Of a stretch of 64,000 bases of DNA, positions 25,508 to 35,274 are shown piece after piece. A model generated the notes under the pieces. The model worked only from the letters and a program-made list of their open reading frames with translations. It had not been told where the DNA came from and did not search any database. Made by a program: the position numbers and the translations under genes. Source of the stretch: Nitrospirota bacterium (lineage in GTDB: Bacteria; Nitrospirota; Nitrospiria; 2-01-FULL-66-17); assembly GCA_040757335.1 (NCBI GenBank), contig JBFLXB010000002.1, forward strand, positions 36,381 through 100,380. Direction: 5' to 3'. Within the stretch, counting starts at the first letter, position 1; each line of letters opens with the position of its first letter.

Positions 25508-26368
25508 ATGACATACGTTGTGATCACACCGGCCAGAGACGAGGGGCGGCACATCGAGAAGACGATCTTATCGATGCTAGCCCAGACGATACGTCCTAAA
25601 CAGTGGATCATAGTTAACGATGGTTCCACAGACGATACAGGGGCGATTGCTGATAGGTATGCTGAGCGGACTTCGTGGATTAAGGTGTTGCATCGGGAAA
25701 ACAGGGGCTTTAGGAAGTCTGGCGGCGGGGTAGTCGAGACCTTTTATGAGGGCTACGATGCACTGGCGTCTAGCGATTGGGGGTTCGTCGTCAAGCTTGA
25801 TGGAGATCTTTCATTTGCACCGGACTACTTTGAGGGCGTGCTCAGGCGTTTTACTGCAGACCCTCAACTTGGCATAGGGGGCGGTGATATATATCACATA
25901 GTTGGGGGTCGGTTGGAGCGGGAGAGAACTCCAGCCTTTCACGTACGAGGCGCGACAAAAGTCTACCGAAGGGAGTGCTGGGTGGCTGTGGGAGGCCTAA
26001 TACGGGCTCCAGGATGGGATACGCTTGATGAAGTAAAAGCAAACATGCTGGGGTGGAAAACGTATTCTTTCAATGAATTGAGGCTAATCCATCATAAGTA
26101 TACCGGATCGGCCGATGGGACCTGGGGGAACTCCGTGAAGAACGGCAGGGCAAACTACATAGCTGGATATCATCCAGTCTTCATGCTTTTGAAGTGTATC
26201 AAAAGGGCTTATGAGAAGCCGTATCTCATTAGTGCGCTCGGCCTACTCTACGGATTTGTCACGGGTTATACGAAGAGAATTCAACAGGTTCCTGATGTTC
26301 AACTTATTCTATATCTACGGAAGCAGCAAGTAAGGAGGCTTCTGTTTAGGGAAAGCATCTGGAAATAG
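25508..26368 (+). CDS. Glycosyltransferase family 2
   Basis: N-terminal GT-A motifs VVITPARDE..IVNDGSTDDT, DxD (KLDGD). Confidence 0.75.
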   Translation: MTYVVITPARDEGRHIEKTILSMLAQTIRPKQWIIVNDGSTDDTGAIADRYAERTSWIKVLHRENRGFRKSGGGVVETFYEGYDALASSDWGFVVKLDGDLSFAPDYFEGVLRRFTADPQLGIGGGDIYHIVGGRLERERTPAFHVRGATKVYRRECWVAVGGLIRAPGWDTLDEVKANMLGWKTYSFNELRLIHHKYTGSADGTWGNSVKNGRANYIAGYHPVFMLLKCIKRAYEKPYLISALGLLYGFVTGYTKRIQQVPDVQLILYLRKQQVRRLLFRESIWK

Positions 26369-26370
26369 GC

Positions 26371-27324
26371 ATGGATCTTTCGATCATTGTCGTAAATTGG
26401 AATTCTGTGGCCTATGTACGCAAATGCCTGGGCGCCATTGCCCACAACTCTGGAGGACTCGACATCGAGGTAATTGTCGTTGACAATGCTTCATTTGACG
26501 GTTGTCACGAAGTCGTCAGTAGGGAGTTTCCAGAAGCTGTTTTCATACAAAATAAGGATAATCTCGGATTCGGCGTCACCAATAACCTCGCCGCGGCAAG
26601 GGCAAAGGGATCAAGATTGTTGTTTTTGAACCCAGATACCGAAGTGCTTGGAGATGCTCTTGCGCAGATGGCGTCTATCTTCGAGCGTCGGCCTGAGGCC
26701 GGTGCAGTGGGGTGTGCGCTTCGCAACACTGATGGCACCATTCAAACCAGTTGCATCCAGCCATTCCCAACGATTTTGAACCAAGCTCTCGATTCGGAGA
26801 TCATTCTGCATATGGCTTCTAAGTTTGGCTTCTGGGGTGTTGGGCCGCTCTTGTCTAGCGCAAAAGGTCTCTACAAAGTCGATGTGATATCCGGTGCCTG
26901 CCTAATGGTTCGCAAGGCTGCCTTCCAGGCAATCGGAGGATTCAGTCCGGACTATTTCATGTACACGGAAGATATTGATCTCTGCTACAGGATGAGGTTG
27001 GCCGGCTTCGTGAACTACTACATATGCAGCGCAGCCGTTGTCCATCACGGTGGTGGGAGCTCGAGCAACAGAAAGGAGAGATCTTTCGCGAACGTTCAAA
27101 TGCGGGAGTCGGTCTATAAGTATTTTAGAAAAACGAGAGGGAGGCTCTACGCGAGCTGTTATCGTTCAACTATGTTGACAGTTGCACTCGCTCGGCTCGG
27201 ACTTCTGGCGGCTTTGTCCGTCCCATTCGCATTCGTGGGACGGTTTCCATCGATCCGGTCCTCACTCATAAAGTGGCTCAGTATCCTTCGGTGGTCGCTG
27301 GCTCTTGAGAAGTGGGCACGGTAG
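26371..27324 (+). CDS. Glycosyltransferase family 2 (WbbL/rhamnosyltransferase-like)
   Basis: LSIIVVNWNS, VVDNASFDG, NLGFG, DPD and TEDIDLCYR motifs. Confidence 0.75.
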   Translation: MDLSIIVVNWNSVAYVRKCLGAIAHNSGGLDIEVIVVDNASFDGCHEVVSREFPEAVFIQNKDNLGFGVTNNLAAARAKGSRLLFLNPDTEVLGDALAQMASIFERRPEAGAVGCALRNTDGTIQTSCIQPFPTILNQALDSEIILHMASKFGFWGVGPLLSSAKGLYKVDVISGACLMVRKAAFQAIGGFSPDYFMYTEDIDLCYRMRLAGFVNYYICSAAVVHHGGGSSSNRKERSFANVQMRESVYKYFRKTRGRLYASCYRSTMLTVALARLGLLAALSVPFAFVGRFPSIRSSLIKWLSILRWSLALEKWAR

Positions 27325-27371
27325 CCTGACAGGGCGGGGACCAGTTGTGAAATGAGTGGAATACCATCGTA

Positions 27372-29279
27372 ATGTGTGCGATCTGCGGTAAGCTTGTTCT
27401 CAGCGGTCGCGGAAGGGTCGAGCGTGAAAATATTGAACGCATGACCAACGTCATGCGACACCGTGGTCCCGACGATGGCGGCATTTACCTGTCGCAAGGG
27501 GTTGGACTAGGGCATCGACGACTCTCAATCATAGATCTCCAGACCGGCGGGCAGCCGCTGTCGAACGAAGACGGAACGGTCTGGGTAGTCTTCAATGGCG
27601 AGATCTATAATTTCAAAACGCTTCGCGAAGGCCTATTGGTGAAGGGACACCGGTTCATTACGGAATCGGATACCGAGGTTATCGTCCATTTGTACGAAGA
27701 GTATGGTGTCGGTTTTGTATCGAAGCTGCAGGGGATGTTTGCCATTGCTGTTTGGGATGACCAGCGTAGGACACTCGTGCTGGCGAGGGACCGTGTCGGT
27801 ATCAAACCCCTCTATTACTGTAAAACAGAAGATTGTCTGATCTTTGCTTCCGAGTTGAAGGCAATTCTGGCCGAAGGGACAATCAACCGTAGTGTCGATT
27901 TCAGAGCTATCGATTCTCTTTTTCGGTACCACTACATTCCAGGCGAAGCGACGCTCTTCAAGAGCATTAAGAAGCTACTCCCCGGCCACTATCTGCTCTG
28001 CAGAAACGGTGTGATACAGGATATTGAGTATTGGGATCTTATATTTCCTTCGGTGAAAACTGACAAGAATGAGAAGGCGGTCAAGGAAGAACTGATGGGA
28101 CTGCTGGAGAGGGCTGTTCGTGATCATATGATCAGTGACGTCCCGGTTGGCTTTCTGCTGAGCGGCGGGATGGATTCAACGGCGCTGTTGAGTATTGCCG
28201 TCGAGCAGACGGACAAGACGATCAGCACATTTACGATTGGGTTCGACTCCCCAGCCTTCGCAGACGAGCGAAAGTATGCGCGAATTGCCGCAGACAGGTT
28301 TGGCACAAGACACTACGATATGACTATAGATGCGCATGATTTTGCGGAGTGTCTGCCCCAATTCATCTGGCATATGGAGGAGCCGATCTGCGAACCTCCT
28401 GCCGTTGCGCTCTATTACGTGACAAAGCTGGCAAGCTCTCACGTCAAGGTGCTTCTCTCCGGAGAGGGCGGAGACGAGGCCTTTGCCGGCTATCCGAACT
28501 ACAGAAATCTGGTGTGGCTGGAACGGATCAAGAAAGCGCTTGGCCGGCTCTCGCCCGCCGCAGGATCGCTTCTACTAATGGCAAATGGGATGGCGGACGG
28601 GGGTAGGATCGCGAAGTATGCGCAACTGATGAGCGCGGGCTTCGACGACTACTACTATAGTAGGACGTCAAGCCCTTTTTCCTTAGTGAGCCGCCATTTG
28701 CTGGATCTCTATACGGATGAGTTTCGACGTCTATTAGCGCAGGGAAAGAAGGAGGACTACAGGGAGTCCCTTCTCGGCAGGATCCAGGATCTGGAAATTC
28801 TTGACAAGATGCTTTACATCGACACGAAGACCTGGCTTCCTGACGATCTTCTGGTCAAGGCCGACAAAATGACCATGGCGAATTCCGTTGAACTAAGGGT
28901 TCCCCTTCTTGATCACCGCATCCTGGAATACGCGGCTTCACTGCCGACACGTTTCAAAGTTAGCGGTATGACTACCAAGTACATTCTGAAGAGGACATTC
29001 GACAAACGAGTCCCGACCGAGATCATTCACAGAAAGAAGACGGGACTCCCAGTGCCATATGATCAGTGGTTCGCCGGGGAGCTGCAAGAGCATATCCGCA
29101 CCATTTTGCTCGACGACGCGGCCGTAAGGAGGGGATATTTTCGGCGGGAGGCGGTGGAGCGTATGCTCAATGCAAGCCTGGAACAGGCGGCCCACTCGAA
29201 GAGCCTTTTTATTTTGATTGCCTTGGAGTTGTGGCACCGATCCTTTATCGACACTTCAGCGTCTCTGACACGAGTTTAG
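27372..29279 (+). CDS. Asparagine synthetase (glutamine-hydrolysing) family amidotransferase (exosortase-locus AsnB-like)
   Basis: N-terminal MCAICG (Cys2 Ntn nucleophile), HRGPDD, GEIYN. PP-loop SGGMDST in the synthetase domain. 635 aa. Confidence 0.85.
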   Translation: MCAICGKLVLSGRGRVERENIERMTNVMRHRGPDDGGIYLSQGVGLGHRRLSIIDLQTGGQPLSNEDGTVWVVFNGEIYNFKTLREGLLVKGHRFITESDTEVIVHLYEEYGVGFVSKLQGMFAIAVWDDQRRTLVLARDRVGIKPLYYCKTEDCLIFASELKAILAEGTINRSVDFRAIDSLFRYHYIPGEATLFKSIKKLLPGHYLLCRNGVIQDIEYWDLIFPSVKTDKNEKAVKEELMGLLERAVRDHMISDVPVGFLLSGGMDSTALLSIAVEQTDKTISTFTIGFDSPAFADERKYARIAADRFGTRHYDMTIDAHDFAECLPQFIWHMEEPICEPPAVALYYVTKLASSHVKVLLSGEGGDEAFAGYPNYRNLVWLERIKKALGRLSPAAGSLLLMANGMADGGRIAKYAQLMSAGFDDYYYSRTSSPFSLVSRHLLDLYTDEFRRLLAQGKKEDYRESLLGRIQDLEILDKMLYIDTKTWLPDDLLVKADKMTMANSVELRVPLLDHRILEYAASLPTRFKVSGMTTKYILKRTFDKRVPTEIIHRKKTGLPVPYDQWFAGELQEHIRTILLDDAAVRRGYFRREAVERMLNASLEQAAHSKSLFILIALELWHRSFIDTSASLTRV

Positions 29280-30931
29280 TGAAAACCATTGGGATTGCAG
29301 CCCCCCTGAAGTCAGGGCATTGGAGGTTACTCGATGCCTTGGGAGAAGTCTTCGGCGTTCGTCTTGAAGAACGTCCTTTTGGCAGCGACGCTGGGCTTGA
29401 TGCATGGATTCGCCACGAAGGGGATTCAGAGATTCGGCGGCGGCGTGCCCATAGTGACTGCCCATCCTACACCATCATCCCTGATGATCAACTTGTTCCA
29501 TGTGGGATGTCCTCCACCATCGAATTCGGTCGGCATTCCGCGCTTCCTGCTGTTCTATCCGGCAGACGTGTCGAGGCTGCTGAGGCCTCGAAGTTGCAAT
29601 CTCTGCCGTTGAACTTAAGGAACGATATTGTAGTTCTTGCCTCTAAAGGGGGGGCCCCGTTCTGGGCGATGCAGGAAGTTGATGGGCGGCAGCATCACTA
29701 CGTCGCCTCACCCCTTCCAGAGTTGAACGAAGGGGAGCCACTGTTTCGATACTTCCACGGGCGGGAATTCTTGCAACTGCTTCCCTTAATTCTCTTTCTG
29801 CGCAATCTGACTGAGGATAAGCGCTGGGAACAGCCCCCTCTGCAAGCGTGTTTTATGTTTGACGATCCAAATCTGCATTGGCGAACATACGGTTTCGTCG
29901 ATTTCGCGGAAATAGCGATGCATGCAGAAAGGCACCGGTATCACGTGTCATTTGCTACGATTCCGCTCGATACATGGTTCGTCCACAAGTCCACATCCGT
30001 AATATTTCAGCAGCAGCGTGATCAACTGTCACTGCTGATCCACGGGAATGATCACATAGCAGAGGAATTTGCCAGGCCGTACTTGGCTGAAGAGCTCGAC
30101 ACAAAGTTGTGGCAGGCACTCAGACGAATTGGCGAGTTTGAACGCCGTTCCGGTGTAGAAGTAGCCAGAGTGATGGCACCTCCCCACGGAGCGTGCAGCG
30201 AAAGTACTCTTCGGGCGATGGCACAGTTGGGGTTCGAAGCCGCCTGTGTGTCCCGAGGATCGCTTCACCACTATAACAAAGAGGCGACCTGGGTCCGTAC
30301 CCTCGGCATGAGACCATCTGAGATGATTGGGGGGGGGCCTGTGCTATTAAGATTTCCTCTTAAGCGAAGTTGTCATAACAGCATTCTGATTGCAGCACTA
30401 CTCCATCAACCTGTCATCGCGGTTGGGCACCACCACGATGTTGCGGAAGGGTTACATCTCCTTTCTGACTTAGCTGGATTTATCGATTCAATCGGAACCG
30501 TGCGGTGGGGAAATATGAGGCAGATCTGTCGGGGGCACTATGCACGGAGGCTGGATGGGAAAAGCCTTTCTATTAGAATGTTTACAAAACGCGTAGAGGT
30601 TTGTATCCCTGATGGAATAAATGAACTCTGGGTGGAGGAGCCGAGGCTGCGAGTGGCTCAGTCCGCGCCATTTTTGTGGAGACTGTTGGGTGAGAGGTCA
30701 GGATGGAATCCGCACCTCCCAGATGCGCCGATTACCGTGCGACCTCTGCAGAGACTTGAGATCGTATCTGAGTTTCCGACATCGCCCGTGATCGACGCAA
30801 TGAAGGGCAATGGCCTTCGCCTTTGGCCCATGGTGCGCAGACAAATCACGGAAGTGAGGGATCGGATATCACCTGTGCTGAGACGAGCTACCGGATTTGC
30901 AGCGAAAGCGAAGATAGATCGAGGTGCGTGA
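29279..30931 (+). CDS. Hypothetical protein (about 550 aa); possible divergent NodB-like fold; start uncertain
   Basis: Long ORF whose frame opens at GTG 29279, overlapping the AsnB stop. First in-frame ATG is at 29507. Weak deacetylase-like motifs: FMFDDP, HGNDH, RVMAPPHG. The upstream part of the ORF-track reading frame (29066-29278) overlaps AsnB and is rejected. Confidence 0.45.
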   Translation: MKTIGIAAPLKSGHWRLLDALGEVFGVRLEERPFGSDAGLDAWIRHEGDSEIRRRRAHSDCPSYTIIPDDQLVPCGMSSTIEFGRHSALPAVLSGRRVEAAEASKLQSLPLNLRNDIVVLASKGGAPFWAMQEVDGRQHHYVASPLPELNEGEPLFRYFHGREFLQLLPLILFLRNLTEDKRWEQPPLQACFMFDDPNLHWRTYGFVDFAEIAMHAERHRYHVSFATIPLDTWFVHKSTSVIFQQQRDQLSLLIHGNDHIAEEFARPYLAEELDTKLWQALRRIGEFERRSGVEVARVMAPPHGACSESTLRAMAQLGFEAACVSRGSLHHYNKEATWVRTLGMRPSEMIGGGPVLLRFPLKRSCHNSILIAALLHQPVIAVGHHHDVAEGLHLLSDLAGFIDSIGTVRWGNMRQICRGHYARRLDGKSLSIRMFTKRVEVCIPDGINELWVEEPRLRVAQSAPFLWRLLGERSGWNPHLPDAPITVRPLQRLEIVSEFPTSPVIDAMKGNGLRLWPMVRRQITEVRDRISPVLRRATGFAAKAKIDRGA

Positions 30932-30964
30932 TCGTTTGCGTAAGATAATAAAGGGGTCGAATAG

Positions 30965-32218
30965 GTGAACTCTATTGCCATATCGTTTCTACTCATCAAC
31001 GCGGCGGCGTTGCTGCTATTGCCCCGTCGTTTAGCTGCACTGCCTCTTTTGGCGGGAGCGTGCTATATGACCCGTGGCCAGGGGATTGAGGTCGGACCGT
31101 TCCACTTTATGGTGCTCAGAATGTTGATTGCCGTTGGGCTCGTACGGATCATGTCCCGAGGCGAGCGGATGACGGGTGGAATGAACGGCCTGGATTGGCT
31201 GATGCTGGCATGGGCCCTCTGGGCCTCGACCAGTAGCGTCTTTCACAGAGATCCTTGGGGGGCGTTGGTATATCGACTAGGGGTCGTTTACGATGCGTAC
31301 GGAATCTACTTTCTGATTCGGGTTTTTTGTCAGTCCCTCGATGACGTTATAGGGCTGTCCCGCCTAACAGCGATCCTGTTGGTACCGGTTGCTGCTGAAA
31401 TGGTTTATGAAAAGCTCATGTCCCACAACTATTTTGCGGTGTTCGGCGGCGTGAGCGCCGATCCGTACATCCGAGAAGGCCGTGTCCGAGCAAATGGACC
31501 ATTTGCCCACGCCATATTGGCTGGGACTGTGGGTGCTGTTTCTGGGCCCCTTATGGTGGGGCTGTGGAGAGATCACCGGTTTTGGGCTATCGCCGGGATT
31601 GTAGCCTCTCTAACAATCGTGATTGCCAGTACGTCGAGCGGCCCGATCATGAGCAGTGCTGCGGCTGTGGGAGCTCTGGTTATGTGGCGGTTTCGCCGAC
31701 GGGTTCATCTCGCCCGATGGCTTGGGTTAGCAGCGTATGTCGCCCTTGATTTGTACATGAAAGACCCAGCATATTACATTATTGCGCGAATCGATTTAGT
31801 TGGCGGTAGCACCGGTTGGCACCGAGCTAGACTAATACAATCGTCGATCGAGCATATCTCTGAATGGTGGTTTGCTGGAACTGACTATACCAGACACTGG
31901 ATGGCGTCAGGCGTCTCATGGAGTGCAGAACACACTGACATTACGAACCATTACCTTCAAATGGGAGTTATAGGTGGGTTGCCCCTGATGTTGCTCTTCA
32001 TCGGCACCCTTGCCAAGGGATTTTCCTTCGTGGGTCAGGCGGTTCGGCATACGGATGACTTCTCACCCCACTCACGGTTCGTGGTCTGGACCCTTGGAGC
32101 GGCGTTATTCACACATGCCGTAACATTCATTTCAGTCTCGTACTTCGACCAGTCGTCACTATTCATTTATCTCAATCTTGCTCTCATCGGATCTGTAAAG
32201 TCTGGAATACGATCGTGA
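30965..32218 (+). CDS. O-antigen ligase / polymerase-like membrane protein (Wzy_C family; exosortase-locus O-ligase-like)
   Basis: About 10 predicted TM segments. The conserved periplasmic-loop signature ITNHYLQMGVIGGLPLMLLFIG matches the HNxyL...G..G motif of O-antigen ligase family proteins. Confidence 0.7.
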   Translation: MNSIAISFLLINAAALLLLPRRLAALPLLAGACYMTRGQGIEVGPFHFMVLRMLIAVGLVRIMSRGERMTGGMNGLDWLMLAWALWASTSSVFHRDPWGALVYRLGVVYDAYGIYFLIRVFCQSLDDVIGLSRLTAILLVPVAAEMVYEKLMSHNYFAVFGGVSADPYIREGRVRANGPFAHAILAGTVGAVSGPLMVGLWRDHRFWAIAGIVASLTIVIASTSSGPIMSSAAAVGALVMWRFRRRVHLARWLGLAAYVALDLYMKDPAYYIIARIDLVGGSTGWHRARLIQSSIEHISEWWFAGTDYTRHWMASGVSWSAEHTDITNHYLQMGVIGGLPLMLLFIGTLAKGFSFVGQAVRHTDDFSPHSRFVVWTLGAALFTHAVTFISVSYFDQSSLFIYLNLALIGSVKSGIRS

Positions 32219-33660
32219 AAGGCCTAGTAGCGATTGCGAACTTCGGAAGCAAGAATGCTAAGTATCTAGAGAGACTGCTTGATGAATATCGTTCGATGAA
32301 GCGGTATGAGGTCTCTATCGCTGTCCTGTCGAATGTCCCAAAGGAGCTTGGTTCAGACGTCGAAGTCATCGTGGGTCTTCCGGCGAAGGATCCATGGTCG
32401 CTCCCGTTTGGCCATAAGACCTTATTTGCTAAGCGGATAGAGGAATATGATTTTTTTATCTATACAGAGGACGACACTCTCATAACTGAACGTAATATTG
32501 ACGCCTTTATTCAGGTTACCCGAGTTCTGCCAGACCGATACATTTCGGGATTCATTCGCTACGAGATATCCCCAGAGGGGAAGAAGTTCTTCACGACGTT
32601 TCATGATCATTTCCATTGGGACCCGAATTCGATAGTAAAGATCGGAGAGTATATCTTCGCTCACTATACCAACGACCATTCGGCATGCTTTATCTTGACT
32701 CGAGGACAGCTAAGAAAGGCGATCGAATCTGGTGGGTTCCTTTTGCCGCCGAGGAAAGGGCGCTATGACATGTTGGTAACAGCGGCGACGGATCCCTACA
32801 CTCAGTGCGGAATGAAGAAGCTAGTCTGCATTTCTCATTTGAATGACTTTTGTCTTCCGCATCTCCCTAATGCCTACATTGGCAGGATAGGACTTGAGGC
32901 CAAGTGGGCGGATAGGGAGATCGAGGCCCTTAAAGTGCTCTCCGGCACGCCCACAATCCGAGGCCCTTTGTTTGATACGAGCACGCTCCTCGATGATGCT
33001 AGGTGGGATAAAAAGTACCACGAGCCCCGCCGAGACGATATTCTGTCCCTTATCCCAAAAGGCGCGAACCGGGTCTTGTCAGTCGGATGCGGATGCGGAT
33101 CAACTGAGGCCGACTTGGTGATGCAAGGCGTGGAAGTGATTGGAATTCCGTTGGATTGCGTAATTGCGGTAAGCGCTGCCGCAAAAGGGATCAAAACAGT
33201 TAATCCGAGTTTCGAAGCTGCCAGGGAGGCCCTGCGGGGTATGCACTATGATTGCATCGTATTCCAGGATGTACTTCAGCATGTAGCTGATCCAATTGCG
33301 ACGCTGAGGGACTTCCGGCCGTTTCTGTCGGAAAACGGTTCCATGATCATCAGTGTGCCAAATTTCAACTACCCCTCGCTACTACGCGAAAGAGAGCTTA
33401 TGAGGCTTCGCGCTCGAGGCGTTAGCGACGGTCAGTGCTTCAATCGTTACAGGCTACATTTTACTACGCGAAGTATGCTCTCGTTATGGTTGGATAGAAG
33501 CGGGCTTGTGGTGACCAAATCGTGCTCCGTGGTCGAACCTCGCTACGAGGTGTTAGGTTGGGTCTGCCTGGGTCTACTGAATAACTGGTTCTCGCGAAAT
33601 ATCGTTGTGCGCGCCGAACCGCTGCCACATGAGTCTGGGGTGGCGTGGAAGAACAAATGA
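32215..33660 (+). CDS. Two-domain protein: N-terminal uncharacterised (GT-A-like?) domain + C-terminal class I SAM-dependent methyltransferase
   Basis: GTGA overlap with the upstream gene. C-terminal MTase motif I VLSVGCGCGSTEADLV and post-I acidic residue (DCIVFQDVLQHV). N-terminal ~260 aa contains FIYTEDDTLI (DxD-like) but no recognised family. Confidence 0.6.
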   Translation: MKGLVAIANFGSKNAKYLERLLDEYRSMKRYEVSIAVLSNVPKELGSDVEVIVGLPAKDPWSLPFGHKTLFAKRIEEYDFFIYTEDDTLITERNIDAFIQVTRVLPDRYISGFIRYEISPEGKKFFTTFHDHFHWDPNSIVKIGEYIFAHYTNDHSACFILTRGQLRKAIESGGFLLPPRKGRYDMLVTAATDPYTQCGMKKLVCISHLNDFCLPHLPNAYIGRIGLEAKWADREIEALKVLSGTPTIRGPLFDTSTLLDDARWDKKYHEPRRDDILSLIPKGANRVLSVGCGCGSTEADLVMQGVEVIGIPLDCVIAVSAAAKGIKTVNPSFEAAREALRGMHYDCIVFQDVLQHVADPIATLRDFRPFLSENGSMIISVPNFNYPSLLRERELMRLRARGVSDGQCFNRYRLHFTTRSMLSLWLDRSGLVVTKSCSVVEPRYEVLGWVCLGLLNNWFSRNIVVRAEPLPHESGVAWKNK

Positions 33661-34598
33661 ACAACCCCATGGTAAGCATTGGTCTCCCTGTTTTTAATGG
33701 TGAGAGATTTATCGAGAGAGCTCTGGTTTCACTTTTAAATCAGGACATCGATGACATTGAGATAATTATTTCCGATAATGCCTCGGATGATGAGACCGAG
33801 GTCATTTGTAGGCAATATGCTCGGAACGACAAACGGATACAATATTCGCGCAATAGGGCCAATGTTGGCGCAGCCGGGAATTACAACAAAGTATTTCAGT
33901 TGGCGAAGGGAAAGTATTTCAAGTGGGCGGCCCATGATGACGAGTGTTATCGCACGATGTTGCGGCGTTGTGTCGAGGTTTTGGAGGAGGCACCTGAGTC
34001 CGTGGTAATGGTTTATCCGCAGGCAGAGTTAATTGACGAAGAGGGACGAACACTAGAGACGGGTTCAGATCGAATTGGCTTCAGTGACCCGCGGCCGCAT
34101 CGCCGTCTGGCGAAAATTCTCTGGTCGTTGAACCTCTGTGACCCGGTGTTTGGATTGATCAAGGCGGAGGTCCTACGGAGGACAGGGTTGATCGGCCCTT
34201 TTTTCGGCGCAGACAACGTCCTGCTCTCTGAGTTGGCGATGCTTGGAGAGATTCGGGAATTGGATGAGGTTCTCTTCCGGATGCGGATGCACCGGGGGCG
34301 GTCCATGAAAGCGAATCCGAGCCACCGTGCTCGAGCCGCATGGTATGATCCCACCGCCGCACAGAAGGTGTTTATTCTTCCAAGCTGGGAACGGATGGTG
34401 TGGGAAATGTTGCGGGCGGTTTCGCGTGCGCCGCTTAGCTCCGCGGAGAAGTTGAGATGTGGTCTGGTCGTGACGACGGTGCATTACTGGAGGCGCTTTA
34501 AAAATGCGGGAGGCCGGCTCAAGGGCCGAGTGAGGGACGTCGTCGGCGGACAGCCAGCGGATCAAGTAAAGCAGCAGTTGGGGAGGCGAGGGTCCTGA
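33657..34598 (+). CDS. Glycosyltransferase family 2
   Basis: ATGA overlap. RBS GGAAGAA. VSIGLPVFNGERFIERAL, IIISDNASDD, HDDE motifs. Confidence 0.75.
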   Translation: MNNPMVSIGLPVFNGERFIERALVSLLNQDIDDIEIIISDNASDDETEVICRQYARNDKRIQYSRNRANVGAAGNYNKVFQLAKGKYFKWAAHDDECYRTMLRRCVEVLEEAPESVVMVYPQAELIDEEGRTLETGSDRIGFSDPRPHRRLAKILWSLNLCDPVFGLIKAEVLRRTGLIGPFFGADNVLLSELAMLGEIRELDEVLFRMRMHRGRSMKANPSHRARAAWYDPTAAQKVFILPSWERMVWEMLRAVSRAPLSSAEKLRCGLVVTTVHYWRRFKNAGGRLKGRVRDVVGGQPADQVKQQLGRRGS

Positions 34599-34622
34599 GG
34601 TGATTCGAGGCGATCGCGGGGT

Positions 34623-35255
34623 GTGTTGGCCGTGTTCGGGATTCTTTTCTGGCTTCCAAACGTCTTCATTGACCCGAGCACAACGTTCGTCTGGACTGTG
34701 GGCCTGACTTGGGACGCTGCTGGGCTCGGGGGCGTTTTTTGTGGCGGCGTATCACACGCATTCCGGAGATTGGGGGCGCCTCGCGCCCGTCGTATCACGC
34801 GCGGCATCACTGATAGGTTGATCGGCGTGTACTCGTACGGGATTTATCTCTGGCACGTAACCGCTATTGGAGTTTTGGAGCGAGAATTTGGTGGACGTTT
34901 AGTGGCGTTGGCCGGCGGCCCGAACCAGTTTGTGTGGCTGGTAAGCGTGCTTGTGGTTGGCAGCGGGGCAATCGTGGCGGGAGCTATGGCGAGCAGACTG
35001 GTTGAGTGGCCCGTGTTGCGTCTACGAGATCGGATTGTGCCATCGCGTACAGGATCACTCCAGCCGGCTACAACGAGAGTGCACGCGGATACGGGATCGT
35101 TCCCCGTGTCCCGGCCTGAAGAGCCGGTGCGCACGGTCGGCAGACGCAGAGCGGGATTCTGCGACTGTCTGGTGAGGAACAGACGGAATGGCACGTGGTT
35201 CGAGTTAGAGCCGGGCGTGCGTAGGAAGGATGCTCTTGGCGGCGATTGGCGATAA
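34623..35255 (+). pseudogene. Probable remnant: C-terminal fragment of an acyltransferase-3 (OafA-like O-acyltransferase) family gene
   Basis: Only the conserved C-terminal block of acyltransferase_3 is present (IGVYSYGIYLWHVTAIGVL...LVEWPVLRLRDRI). The N-terminal ~200 aa with its TM helices is missing. The gene sits immediately after a GT2 gene with no room for the missing part. Confidence 0.4.
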
Positions 35256-35274
35256 AGAGGTGACAGAAGCTCCG

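Noticed and set aside
29066-29278. 5' part of the 621-aa ORF overlapping the end of the AsnB-like gene
   Set aside because: Overlaps a well-supported gene in another frame. The frame more plausibly initiates at GTG 29279 or ATG 29507.
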